From Haliotis rubra (taxonomy: Eukaryota): DNA of 64,000 nucleotides. The position numbers and the translations under genes are program-made. The stretch is from assembly GCF_003918875.1 (NCBI RefSeq), contig NW_025766625.1, positions 1,178,001-1,242,000 on the forward strand. Reading direction: 5' to 3'. Shown piece by piece: positions 48,633 to 62,289 of this stretch. Numbering within the stretch: the stretch's first letter is position 1; each line of letters begins with the position of its first letter. The notes beneath the pieces are model-generated. The model did not search any database. It was given only the letters and a program-made list of their open reading frames with translations, and was not told the origin of the DNA.

Positions 48633-50254
48633 TATATTCGATATTTTAATATAAATTTTACACTTAAACAGCCCAACATTATTCATCAGTTCAAAAGAAT
48701 ACCGAGTTTTGACAATCATTACAAACAGATTCCATTTGGTGTGAAGGGCAAAATAGCCGTGAAACACATGTGAATGGGCTGTAAAGCAATGTGTGCATTG
48801 GCTAACCCTGGATGAATATATCTGGAAAATATTGTACACGGTTGAGACTACATAATATGCTGTGTAATAAAGGAAAGTAAAAGAGGGTAAAATAAGTCCA
48901 CCGTATAAACACACACGTATTTACATATGTAGATACATAGACACACATATGAACATGTCAGGAAACAGATACATTTTAGTAGATATATATGTACACATCT
49001 ATACATACGTATATATACATCTGTGACACAATCACCATCTGATCAATGTAGCAGAGAAATCCATTTGTAGACTGCAAGTGGTCACATTGGGAAAAATGAA
49101 CAGTTTCAATCCAAGGATATTAAAAACAGGATAACGAACCATGTAGCTTCTCGTTATAAGAGTGCAGGATCGCTCCTCTGTCAAAACTGATGTAATACCA
49201 TATATGGTACTAGACCACAGTAGGCAACTGTGAAGATAACAACACAGCTTAACAGAATTAATGTTATATGATATGATACATCTTGTACATACAGCTTCAA
49301 TTGTCCATCCTTGATTATCCCCCGAAATTGTCCATTGGGTAAATTAGGCGAAATAGTGTTGTACAGTATATAAAATAATCATTGAAATTCAGTGATGTCC
49401 CCCGTGTTCGCAAGTAGAGTAAGCATGTCCTGTCGTATCGGTATCATCCGTAGACATTTTGCATGGAATACATCAATTGCTGTGTTGACATCTTCTGGTG
49501 ATGCAAGGACAAAACTTTATGAGCAACTGGATCTGAGCCTAAAACAATACGTATGTTTTAAGAAACTACACATGAAGAAAGAAAACATTACCATGACATT
49601 ACCATGGGGCACAAGACCTGTTGTAGAGAGCATTAGCTTTGACATATAAGCAAGAGCTAGCCCAGAAACGTGGTGGTAAACCAAATAGAAGCTGTTATAC
49701 ATAAGATTTGTCTTGTAGTGATTACAATTATGTCATCCTCAGATCAATTTATCAGTTCATACAAGCTCTTTTAACATAGTATATTGTATCTTAGGCTCAA
49801 AGAAAGTGTCGTGCATATGTCTAACACTGACACTATATGCATGGATTGTGGAATTAGTATGCTTTTTAATTTATTCATGATGGATGTAAACAAATAAGTG
49901 TTATGTTGGTACAGAAAGGAACAATTTGGAAATTGAATTGTACTACATTCCCTTCGAGAGTGTAGTATTTTAGTAAACACACTCGAAACAAGTAGGTCCG
50001 ATGAGATTTCCTATTTTGACTTCAACCCCCTTAGATAAATCTTATTTGAGGACTCGCAGAATACTACAAGGATTCTCTCCCGAACATCACACCCCTATTA
50101 AACACTAAAGGAAAAACTTACCCCTCCTGCCCCACGCCCTATCCCTTCCCAGACCACCCCTACCAACAGAATGATACAAGTATATTAGAAGCAAATAAAT
50201 AACATATAAACAGAAGAAAAGCAATATTTATGGATGTCAACTTCTTAATTGTGA

Positions 50255-50299
50255 ATAACACGACGTTTCGGAGTATATGCTTACTCCTTCATCAGGTGA
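50255..50299 (-). ncRNA. Minimal type I hammerhead-ribozyme motif of a Penelope-like element end
   Basis: CAC-CUGAUGA-A-GGAGUA-AGCAUA-UACUCC-GAAAC-GUC-GUG on the - strand. Confidence 0.6.
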
Positions 50300-50984
50300 A
50301 TGGTATAAACAACATATACACAGCAAATCTTAAATCAAATTTGTTTACCATTTACTTGTTTGTCACCGTGTACAAGTACTTGAACAGAAGTATGCACATA
50401 GCTATGCTTAGGTATTTTCAAGCACTTGATACCACTGATACTGAGCATAAGGACGACAGAGACAAATGATATTTTGCACACTATAAGCGACAAAACGCTT
50501 TCCATATACAATTGTGACTATATCATGAGAATATGTTTGTTTTTCCCCAGTATTGCAGCTGTACAATGTTCTTTGTAAACAAATCTAGCCTGGGCCAGAC
50601 TATCCAGTGATTGTTGCCATGCGATACGATGACAGAGCATGTGTCCATGAATCACTATGCAATAGTGGTGATACCAGGTGTTCTCGAAAAGGAATGAACA
50701 GGATTTTATCACTCTGAATCTGTCTGCATAGATCTAAATACGAGGCGGTCTCACTTGTCTCCTTAATTTCAAGTTCAGGTAGGTAATCAGTGGAAGGGAA
50801 ATGGCTCTTAGATGTTTATTGAACTATATAAAATCATCGATATATGTGCACATGAATCTTAAAGTCATTTGGCCAAGAAGTTTTGCTTATGTTGATTTTG
50901 TCAACCCAAGCAGAAATGCCGATTCATATGCATAACGAAACAGATCCGCAAGAAGGGGAGCACAATTGATGCCCATGGGGATGC

Positions 50985-53900
50985 CTACTCGAAATGTAAG
51001 TAGCCCCTTATCCTTTCTCCGCAGCTAATTTGCAAGCAATCTTGTATTTCAGAGGCACATTTGCTGCAGGTTAGCTTGTGTCCACAAGGCAGAAAGATGG
51101 TGTTGACCGCGTCCTTCCGACACACTTTACATGTTGCGTTGTCTCCAAACTGTACTGTAGAACCTCTATCCCTCAACAAGTCATCAAGAAGAAGCAATAA
51201 AGTTGGTGATGATGTTCCTGCAGGAATGGAATGACATACAAACTATCATTGTTAGAAGTTGTTTTACAAACTGGTTGCCGTTATGAATTTGAATGTCATA
51301 TAAAGCATTTTAAATAAATGAAATGTTAAATGTTCTATATGAATGTGAAATTCAGGTTTTGTTTTCCCACCTGCTGTTTCACTTTCAAGTGCCAAATGGT
51401 AGAGCCATGAAGCAATTAGACAGATGAGAAAAATTACCTGTTTTATTCAGAACTCGAAGCGCCGCACGTTCGACTTCCTGTTGATTAAAGCCAAGTTTAA
51501 GGCATCTGCTGAACATCTCTACCAGTTCTGAAAGAGTGTAAACCATTCGGTATGATAGGCCCAAGCGTTCTACATGAGAGTTTAGTGTGGTTTGCACCAG
51601 AATGACTATTTAGAAAGGATGTTGACACGATGTAACCAGTTGGGGTGTTTAGGCGATTGTAATCATACTGTTATTTTCAGAAATGACGTTCCTTGATAAC
51701 TCACCATGCTCTTGACAGTTTAGGCGAAAAGTGTCCTGGCGTTCATCGATTTCCTATAGTAACGTAAAGAACTGTTAGTTAATACACGTACAGTGCACCC
51801 TGGTTATAATGCCACCCAGGATATATTGCCATATTTTTCCAGAACGGATTTCCTCCCTTTACAATACCCTAGTTATAAAGCCAAACTGGATATAATCACA
51901 TTTGCCAATGGGCTTTAGAACAAAAGTCATTTTCCCCTGATTATAATGCCAATTACACTGGTTGCATGTAGTATACATACATATTTGGTTAATTGACATG
52001 ACTCAAATTAATTAACCAAACTCATTAAGTAGTCTTGTAATCCCAGATAGGATAACACAGTGGAGCGGCTAAGACCAAGTTTTCTTAAGAATTGTGCATT
52101 TGATTATACAAGCACCAAAATTGGTCAACATATAAAAGAACATGTCTGAAATAATTTCAGATATGGAGGCACCTTAAATTTTGTATCTTGTGCGCATGCG
52201 CAGTACATAAACTTTGACATACTATTTTCAGCTTTGCCCCTTAAATCTTGAATATTGCCATTCATTACACACCTATAATTTTCATAACCAGTGATTTACA
52301 GGTTCATAAAAAGAACCCCCATGAATTTAAAAACACAAATCATCTGACAGCTGCTTATTAAAGTCCAACTTGATATTTTTGGATTCATCGTTTCCATGGA
52401 AATCATGAAACATATAAATGCCAAAAATCTGCAAACAGCAAAAGGCACTACTTCAAGATCTATTTGCTATATCTGTCAAGTCTTGTAGAAATATATTGAA
52501 CGGTTTGAAGTCCCAAACTGAGAAAAATAGTAATGCCAAAAATCTGCGAATAGCAAAAGGCACCACTTTGGCTTCTGTTTGATATATCTACCATGTCTTG
52601 AAGAAAGATATTGAACGGTTTTCGAGTTAAAATCGTTTCTATGGGACCCAAGCAAAAATGACAAAAATCTGTAAATTGCAAAAGGCACTACTTTATGTTC
52701 TCTTTGATATTATATCTACCAATGTTTGTTAAAAAATATTGAACGTTTTGTTTAGTTAAGCTCCGGAAACAAAATGATTACGGATGGACAGATGGACGAG
52801 GCGTCGACTATATCCCCCCACATTACATGCTGGGAGGATAAAACGTCTTGGATATGTTTAACAATCAAAATCTATGTGATTATTCCCCAACTTCATGGCT
52901 CAAGGGCAAGCAAGGGAGATACTTCAGGTTGTCTTTTGCAAGGGAGCAGTCTTTTTTTCCTGTGGAAATCATACTTAATTGGTTTTATTGTTTAATGGTC
53001 AATATCGTGACCAAGTCTCTGTCTCTTCACTCTCTCAAATTAGTGCCAACAGGGTTAGACTCACACCATGAAGGGCCAACATCAATCAGCTAACTTGGAT
53101 TGCAGACGGGCTACCTATAGCTTCCCCATCGAAGGATCGTCCTCCTTCACCTTACCACCAATTGGAGCAACTTTGTAAGTCATCAAGAACCAGAGCTACC
53201 AGAACGAAGGGTCTTCCCAGCTTGCTCAGCCTGATACTATTATCAGACGAGTCTTCCTGGACCTCGCCATGTCCAGATCCATCAGCAAGGCGATGATATC
53301 ACACTTCAAATATCCAGAGTCCGACAAAGAACGTATGCCTTTGTCCATGGTCAACCAGCAGAAGTACCAGGATTCTATCTCCTACCAGATCTGCTCAGCA
53401 TGAGTGGGACTCACATGGAAGTATTGGCCAAACTGGGATCTTCTAGAAGACCCATTCATCACAAAATCTTAAGGAACAGATATACCATTCTGGTGAACAC
53501 GACGCCACTGCTCCACCCTATCTTCCGCAAATAGATTATGCAGAAACCCTACAACCCAAGCTCACAGATGCGATAGAAACACTTCTATCCAAAGAAGCTG
53601 TAGGTCCCAATGCAACAGTGCATCTTCGTCTCTGTTTGGATTTTATTGCCAAAAGTCAACCAGACTGACAGTTTCACATCGCATGATTATCTTCAATATT
53701 TTGCAATGAAGATAAGGAAGACTTATCACTGCGTCTGTGCTAGAGTCCTAGGCATCGATCTACGTAGAACGAGCACCAGACGTCTGAAGTTAAGACTCTT
53801 CATCCCGCTCATGAGATATTTCACAGCAGAAGTAGCCAGAACAATTATTTCCTTCTGGATGAGATCGGTGATACTTCGAACATACAGAGATGTAGGCTTA

Positions 53901-55768
53901 GAACCTCCCTCAGCTTCCAACCCACACGAAGTAAGAGCACTATATGGCAATTGCTCAGTATTTTGGGTCAGTATTTAAAAAAAAGTCGTCCTAGTAGAGT
54001 ATTGAAGACAGGCCCAAAACTATATATATAACGGTAGCCAGAAAAGGCAAAATATCATTTATCTACTGCGCATGCGCAAAATGAAATTATTTTGAGTGCC
54101 TCCATATCCTAAAAAGTTCATCGGCCCATAAATATGCAAAGTTTCATGCTTTTATCTTTAAATGCACATTTTATCTTCTTAGCCGCTCCAGTATGTCACA
54201 ATACACTTCCTGCCACCTATAAGTAACCTGCAGTCCCGAGCAGCTGAGGTTAGCCATTCAAGGCTCATTATAGAAGACATCAGCTCAATCACCTTGTTGA
54301 TTACACAGGTCCCCTGACTGTCCTACCTGGTTATAATGCTACCCTGGATATAATGCCATGTTTTCCCCTGAACACCAGGGTATATTGTACATACATACAT
54401 GCATGCATGCATGCATGCAGACAGACAGACAGACAGACAGACAGACCTGGCTGGCGATTGTGACCATGAGCTCTATGTGTAGTTGTTGTCTTCTTACAGA
54501 CTCTATATCCAGGTTTCCCAATTCCATCCCACACGAATGACTCTGGACATAGTCTCGGTTACCTTCGATGCAAGCATCAATATATTTAGTGTAAAGGTGG
54601 TGTCGACCATAATACTCGTGACGCTAATACACAATATATCATGGAATGGTTATCATAAAGTTAACGTCATGGAGAAAGGGTGCTCCTACCTAAACACAGA
54701 ACAATCCCGAGGGGAATGATACAAGATTACATAATGAACTTATTATTCGCCATCACAATCAGAATTCAAGCTTATCTCGTTCAAATGGTATTTGAGGAAG
54801 AGACATTTTAGCATTCATTTTTTGTCTCATTGTGTGTCAGTGTCGCTTTAGCAGGTTAATGTTATCAAAATACCACTATTTGAATAGATTATGTATATGT
54901 TCTTATTTGCTGGCTGGAAGTTTCTAAACGTGGCTGGTTGTATATGAACATCAGCCCCCCCAAAAACTGATTGGTTATAATGATGTTATTTTTTTTTCTG
55001 ACCTGAATAGATAAAACCTGCTCCTGTACGTTCTGTGGGTTGAGTGATATTGATGCCACGACATAAGAATCTGTTTGTCGAAGGGGGATCCTGGTTCATG
55101 CTGATAGTATTTGCGACTCCACTTGCTACAGGATTGTTCTGACGAACTGCAGGATTTGTATGAGAACTACTCGATGCGTCCGGTCTTCTGCGATGTATAT
55201 CAAAATCAGTAGGGAAGGCAAGCTGGTTGCGAGTCTGCATCTCAGAATTCGTGGGCAAAGGGTTTTCTTCAAATCGGATATTCCAATGAAAGCCATCTCT
55301 ACACCATGCCTTGTGCCCCACATCGGCAGGTTTGTCCCCTTGTCTCCAGTGCCTATGTCTGATGCCACAGCTGAAGCATCTTGTCTCGTCCTCATTACCT
55401 GTCGCATAGAACCCTTGTCTCGCTAACTCCAGGGCTGACACTGCGATTGTCATGCCATTAAAGGACTTACAGCGCATTGCCTCAAATCGCATGATGTCCT
55501 GAAGAAGAGTACCATTTCTTCGCACTAGGGCATCAAAGTCTCCACGCAGAGATATTGATGGAAATACAGATATAATGATAGAAAACAGCATAGATTTCCA
55601 GTATGTAAACACATTCGCTGGTTTGCTTTCAGCTTGTTGGTGAATATTGAGGTTTCTGATGGCCAAAAGGAACACTCTCCTCACAGCCATACGTCTGTCA
55701 ACCTCAATCACCAGTATCGTACCATACCATAGTATAACCAAGTCCTTGGTGCACTTCTTTTTCTTCAT
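50985..55768 (-). CDS. IAP-5: atypical BIR1, degenerate BIR2, UBA-like, RING. Exons 55768..55003, 54562..54447, 51753..51705, 51527..51438, 51217..50985
   Basis: LARQGFYATG..CFSC; GAGFIYSG|NRDYVQSHSCGMELGN; LKLGFNQQEVERA; CKVC..FLPCGHKLTCSKC...CLQISC. Junction phases are consistent and parallel to IAP-1. Confidence 0.82.
51791..54387. mobile_element. pogo/Tigger-like non-autonomous element containing a second inverted-repeat element (about 52060..54192)
   Basis: TA|CAGTGCACCCTGG ... CCAGGGTATATTG|TA; inner TGGAGCGGCTAAGA ... TCTTAGCCGCTCCA with subterminal inverted matches. Confidence 0.55.
53050..53980 (+). pseudogene. DIRS-type tyrosine-recombinase retrotransposon remnant (RT N-terminus and YR fragments)
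   Basis: DPFIT..ILRNRY...DAIETLLSKEAV, and LFIPL...TIISFWMRSVILRTY...PHEVRA (YR HxxR box). Confidence 0.65.
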
Positions 55769-56113
55769 AATTGAAGGTCGTTGTTATTCACCACTCTGTT
55801 TTTCTCTCGTTTATGTGATTACATAAAGTTTGTTCCAGAGAGTCAATAATATTCCAATCATATGTGGGAGGTGATTACATAATCTGGATTTGATGAGCCC
55901 TAAAATGAAAAAGCGAAGTGAAATATTTTACACATGATTATTTAAACAAATCATTAAGAACATGCTTATTTGTCATTTACAATGAAGAAATAGATCCGCA
56001 ATTATTTGTGGAACACTTAACACGTCAAGTTAACGTTACATTTCTCTGGGAAACTACAAAACGTCAACGCCAAAAAATATTCAGTTGCGATTCTCTGTGC
56101 CATCGGGCGTAGA

Positions 56114-56337
56114 GTGAATGAAGGGGTTCAGTTTTACGCCGCACTCAGCAATATCCCCGTAATATGGCGGCGGTCTGTAAATACTCGAGTCTTGACCAGA
56201 CAGTTCAGTGATCAACAGCATGAGCATCGATACAAGCAATTGGGATACGATGACATGTGTCAACCAAAGCAAATTAGTCGCCTTTTACGACAAACATTGG
56301 TTACCGAATATCAATTGTAATCCGGATCTTCACGGGT
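56114..56337 (-). mobile_element. SINE-like repeat family B
   Basis: Homologous to the other family B copies. Confidence 0.7.
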
Positions 56338-56664
56338 CATTGGGCGTAGAAGGAAGTAGTGGTGAAATAACTGAAAATCAGTAATGACGGCATAATCAGC
56401 ATGCTCCGCCTGAGCACTCTCATATTTGAATTAGAATAAGTACTTGTTTGTTTGATAACAAACGACTCACAGCAATACCGTTGCCACAAAAATGCGTTGT
56501 AAGCCGTCGAGTCTTGTCCAGACAACCAAGTGAAACAATGACGCATTTACTGATTATAGTTTAATTCGAGGGCTGTGTAAAATAAATCAGCATTTATAAT
56601 TTACAATGTATGTGTTGTCACTGAAAAGGACAGTCCAATTCGCCATCTCTCACTTCTAGTTGAC

Positions 56665-56841
56665 GGGGCGATGGGGTAGCCTAATGGTTAAAGCGTTGGC
56701 TCGTCACGCCGAAGACCCGGGTTCGAATCCCCGCATGGGTACAATGTGTGAAACCCATTTCTGGTGTCCCCCGCCGTGATGTTGCTGGAATATTGCTAAA
56801 AGCGGCGTAAAACCAAACTCAGTCAGTCAGTCAGTCAGTCA
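56665..56841 (+). mobile_element. tRNA-derived SINE family A
   Basis: Full length, (CAGT)n tail, TSD TCACTTCTAGTTGAC. Confidence 0.85.
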
Positions 56842-57497
56842 GTCACTTCTAGTTGACCATACAATCCAACGTGTCACGTTTTTGGAAGACGGAAATCCTT
56901 TACAAATCTTGGATTTGACATTCAAATGAATAAATAGTGTAATTATATCCTAATCATTTAGATACAATCAGTAACAGTTACCGGTCACCTCGCTGTGTTA
57001 TACAACTTGCACAACAGGTTTACAGGTTTGAGACCGCCTGTGTTATTTTCAGTAGCCGAGTGGAAGTAATCGCTGTACAGTGTGATCTATGGAGTATTCT
57101 ACACAGCGTGAGTCATTATTATAAACGTTTTGTTGATAAGATAGAAATGATAATAAAGCCAATTGTGTGCTCACTCGCATAGGGTCTTCCTTAAATCCAC
57201 TGTTCAACCTGTCAAAGCTGTGAACTTCACGTGTGCCGCGACGGTTATATAAATGATTAACATATACCTGGCCCCTTGCCAGACATCTCGGCCATGAGTT
57301 GAGCTAACTGTGCGGATCTGTTGACACGTGACTCTTAAACAGCAGTTCATAATAACGATTATCTCAGAGGACGCTTTCAGAAACGCCCACATTCGGTGCG
57401 GGTCCGTGCGGACCACCTTAGTTCCATATTCGTTATTAGAAATAAAGAAAATTGAAAAGTATCATGCATTGAGATCGATAGGGTGTCTACCAAGTCA

Positions 57498-57880
57498 GGG
57501 GCGGTGGGGTAGCCTAGTGGTTAAAGCGTTCGCTCGTCACGCTCGATTCCCCACATGGGTACAATTTGTGAAGCCAATTTCTGGTGTCCCCCGCCATGAT
57601 ATTGCTGGAATATTGCTAAAAACGGCGTAAAACCATACTCAGTCAGTCAGTCTACCAAGTCAAGGCAAATATGACGTTTCTGTTCAAGATGCGCGAGGCT
57701 ACTGTAGTACTGACTGACTGACTGAGTTTGGTTTTACGCCGCTTTTAGCAATATTCAAGCAACATCACGGCGGGGGACACCAGAAATGGGCTTTACACAT
57801 TGTACCCATGTAGGGAGTCGAACCCGGGTCTTCGGCGTGTCGAGCCAAAGCTTTACCCACTTGGCTACCCCACCGCCCCC
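57498..57880. mobile_element. Two SINE family A copies tail-to-tail (+ 57498..57649; - 57711..57880)
   Basis: Direct sequence match to family A; the first copy has TSD GTCTACCAAGTCA. Confidence 0.8.
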
Positions 57881-58301
57881 GCAATTCACCGGGTTGAAGA
57901 GAGGCGCTTGGTTATAGCACAAACTATTTTGATAACGCTACTCACAATTCAGAGTTTATAAATCATGAAATGCTAAAATGCATCGGTAAAGTAATAACAA
58001 TGAAAGAAATGTTTAGTGATCAATAACATACATACCTGGCTGAGGAAAGTGTCAATGGCTATTTCCTCGTAATCAAACAACTTGGCTACCCCACCGCCCC
58101 CGCAATTCACCGGGTTGAAGAGAGGCGCTTGGTTATAGCACAAACTATTTTGATAACGCTACTCACAATTCAGAGTTTATAAATCATGAAATGCTAAAAT
58201 GCATCGGTAAAGTAATAACAATGAAAGAAATGTTTAGTGATCAATAACATACATACCTGGCTGAGGAAAGTGTCAATGGCTATATCCTCGTAATCAAACA
58301 A
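57860..58301. repeat. 221-bp near-perfect tandem duplication
   Basis: 57860..58080 is repeated at 58081..58301. Confidence 0.9.
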
Positions 58302-59305
58302 TGTTCGACTGTTGGCTGGATCCCGGTCAACGCGACCATGACATTTGCTCAAGATTTCTCTTGTCAGAGTCACGGGTAACCATTGTGTTGAAATAGTTTT
58401 ACCCTCCTTTGCCAAATTGCAGATAACGGAGATTTTTTATGAGGAACGCTTCATAACATGCGTGACAACTGTGTCCAGTAAATCTGATCCTCCTGCTTGA
58501 CGCCGTGTTTCACACTGATTAGCATCCGGACAAGTGTATTGAGGTCAGGGTATTTCATCGGTTGATTAAACATACCAATCAGTTTGCATTACGCAACATT
58601 ACGTTTAGCCACACACAACAACAATGTTTTGACCCAGTGACAATACCCTACGCGACAACTTAATTAAATAAGTCAAAGTGCATATCTCAAAATCCAATAA
58701 ATTGCATTATCCATTAACGAGGTACACGCATCAGGCAGCGATTAATAGTTTAACAACGTTACACCTGGGATAATACTTTCGCAAAAAAGGCATAATGTAT
58801 TCATAGCTGGCCCAAACTGCAATATCTAAACACTCATTGCCTTGTAAATAGGCAACGTGCAGCAACAATGAAACTCAGTATATTCTATTGACACGTCAGC
58901 GCTAGATTTAGATACATGGTTTTTCCAGTCTAGCAGGAAATGCTTCGCTGTGTGTGACCAGGAAATGGTCTGTGACTACATGTGTGTCCTCACACTGTCA
59001 GTATCATATACACAAAAGTCTTGTTCTTGGAGACAAGACTTCTTTGAGAGGCATTTAGAAGTTGGGTCAGTAAGGAAGGTATCAAGTAACACCGGTATCA
59101 AGCAAGTGTTGGACTGCATAAGGATGAAGGGGCATATATACAAGTTAGAGCAGATGTTTGTATAGTACAATGGGGATTTGGAAGCCAGACACAATAACAA
59201 CACAAGGGCTAGAAGCCAGACACAATAACAACACAAGGGATTAGATGAACGCGTTAACAACTGAAGCCTGCAAAGTACACAATGGAAAGTGAAGCCTGTG
59301 ATATA

Positions 59306-60523
59306 TAGTATGACCAGAAATTATTGAGAATTTTAGGAATATGTTTAATTACATTTCTAGTATTAACAACCTTGACCAGTTGATTTCATTCAAGAGAGAC
59401 AACTCCGTTAATCCTTTTTCATTAGTTTGTGAAGAGTTATCCCCCTTTGTTTACTTGCTAGCAGACGACATTTTCAGTGATCCTCAGTATGGATGATTTA
59501 GAGAACAGGAAGTTGATTTTAGAGTATTATAACAAGGACATCAGATCATTTCAAGTAGAACAGGCATCCCTTTGTCCACTGTTTATCGTGTTTTGAAAAA
59601 TATTGCAAATGAATATGGCATTGAGCACCACGGGAGACGCAGGTAGGCCCTGAAAATTGACTGTCGTTGACAGGAGGCGGCTTGGTATTCTTGTTTCTAA
59701 AAACAAACGAAAGAGTTTAGAAAACTGAAGGCTGGATATGATTGATAGAGGAACTGTGGGGCTGTCTGTAAGGAGACAATTAGAACTGAGCTGCATGCAA
59801 TGGGTTGGCCGAAAAGTCGAGGAATTCCATCACCGATCATGAAACCTGAACAAAAGGAGCGAAGGTTGAACTGGTGCTTACAGCATAGAAATTTTAACTG
59901 GGACAATGTGATTTTCTCAGATGAAATTTCTGTGTGGCTGTTTCCTGATACACTGAAATTCTGGACCAAACAAACTGAAAAACCTATGTATCAGCGCCCA
60001 AAGTACAGTCCGAAATGTAACGTGTGGGGTGGCATATCTGTGTTAGGGGCAACGCCCCACTGTGTATTTGAAGGGAATATGAGCAGTGAGCGGTACACAG
60101 ATATTTTTGAGGGACATTTACTTCCATCTGCTCACGTGTTCTAAGGAAATGTTTGGATTTTCCAGTAGGACAACGACCCAAAACATATAGCCCTGACCTA
60201 AATCCAATAGAAAATGTTTGGGGACGTATGAAGGAAAGTGTCAATAAGAAAAATCTGACAAATATTGCTGAAATGAAAGAAGAGGTGGTCCGATATTGGG
60301 ACAGCATGGACCACGACTTTCTAACTTCTTTGATCAGTAGTATGCCCCGCCGCATTGAAGCCTGCATTGCTGCCCATGGTGACTTGTCAAAATACTAACT
60401 GTTCACCTGTCTTTGAATCTGGAGTTATGTTCTGCTAATATTCACATTTAATACGTGAGTAATGAGTGAAAAAAATATATAAAATTACAATCTTTAAACA
60501 CTCAATATTTTCTGGTTGTACTA
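59306..60523 (+). mobile_element. Tc1-like transposon with a decayed transposase
   Basis: TA-flanked imperfect TIRs TAGTATGACCAGAAATTATTGAG; FSDE, DNDPK and SPDLNPIE motifs with stops and a deletion. Confidence 0.88.
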
Positions 60524-60574
60524 TACATACATAGGTGATTATGAGGACGATGCGTTGTATAGATAAATGGGGGA

Positions 60575-60930
60575 TTATCGATGATGAGGATATTTAATGA
60601 GCTGGTAGTACGCAGGAGGTATGTTGTAACCCTGGTCACGGTTGATTGATGGCTGGAGTCTTTTAATGTGGATGGGTTCTTGGAGTTTCCTGAGTTTATA
60701 GTCTTTGATGCTGGTTTTTAGGGTTTGGGTTTTGTCCCACTGGAGGCTGTGGTCGGGATTGTCTTTGATGGGATCTGATAGGGCTGATTTTGAGTCTAGT
60801 TTGGTTACTGAGGTCTGATGTTCTTTGATTCGGATTTTGAGGGGTCTTTATGTTTCACCTACGTGGATCTGTCGACAGTCGCAGGAGACGTGGTAAACTG
60901 TTCCCTGAGGTTGTTGTTTCTGGCTGGTGT
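60575..60930 (-). pseudogene. Penelope-like element GIY-YIG endonuclease fragment
   Basis: Hand translation GTVYHVSCDCRQIHVGET*RPLKIRIKEH...SALSD...W...RKLQEPIHIKRLQPSINRDQG (absent from the ORF track). Confidence 0.85.
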
Positions 60931-61194
60931 ATCAGGAGTTCAATGTAGAGTGCATCTCGGTGTATCCCTGTTCATAGTTTTGTTATAGACTTTGCGTTGT
61001 GTACTTTTATTAAATGATGGAAAGCTTTAAAAAAAACATCGGAACAGTGTACAGCCTTCTTCGGTTCAGTGGCATTTGTCAACTCTTTCAGAAAAATGGG
61101 CGGGAACGCAATTATAAGCCACCCAACCTATTTGTTTACATTAGCAAAACCACGTATATGAAAGCCGCCCAACCTGCCGATAAATAGATATAAA

Positions 61195-61853
61195 CAACCC
61201 ATAACACTATATAACACTATTTTATTCCAACCAACAACCCATAACACTATATAACACTATCTTATTCCAACCAACAACCCATAACACTATATAACACTAT
61301 TTTATTCCAACCAACAACCCATAACACTATATAACACTATTTTATTCCAACCAACAACCCATAACACTATATAACTATTTTATTCCGCAACCAACAACCC
61401 ATAACACTATTTTTATTCCAACCAACAACCCATAACACTATATAACTACTATTTTATTCCAACCAACAACCCATAACACTATATAACACTACTTATTTTA
61501 TTCCAACCAACAACCCATAACACTATATAACACTACTTATTTTATTCCAACCAACAACCCATAACACTATATAACACTATTTTATTCCAACCAACAACCC
61601 ATAACACTATATAACACTACTTATTTTATTCCAACCAACAACCCATAACACTATATAACACTATTTTATTCCAACCAACAACCCATAACACTATAAAACA
61701 CTACTTATTTTATTCCAACCAACAACCCATAACACTATATAACACTACTTATTTTATTCCAACCAACAACCCATAACACTATATAACACTATTTTATTCC
61801 AACCAACAACCCATAACACTATATAACACTATTATATTCCAACCAACAACCCA
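61195..61853. repeat. 40/45-bp minisatellite CAACCAACAACCCATAACACTATATAACACTATTTTATTC
   Basis: About 16 copies; the + strand is almost devoid of G. Confidence 0.92.
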
Positions 61854-62289
61854 TTTCTAAAGTATAAATTAAAATGATCTCCTACACATGATATATTTCC
61901 TTTGTGATTTTCACACCCTGGTTTCCGTAAATGCACAACCGATATTTGTATATTTGAGGAAACATTCAGTATCCAATGTTTAATAAATTATGTAACATCT
62001 TACCTCGTACCAGTTTATCCGTATATAAAATAACACTTACCCTTATCTCATAACTGTTGTTGCTTTAACATGTACATATATAGCTGTCTGTTCCTAATTG
62101 TTTCATCCACCTGATGAAGGAGTAAGAATATGCTTCGTCGTGACCCATCACAAAAAAGAAGTTGACATCCTTAAAATTCTTGCCTTTAACACTTACCCTG
62201 CACCTGTGTTCTGTTTTATCGAGTTTTCACTCACTCTGTACCCCTGTCCACTCTTTGCGCCTGTATTCACTCTCTCTGAACCTTTCTTC

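Noticed and set aside
56665-56735. tRNA gene
   Set aside because: A/B boxes belong to a multi-copy SINE with body, tail and target duplications.
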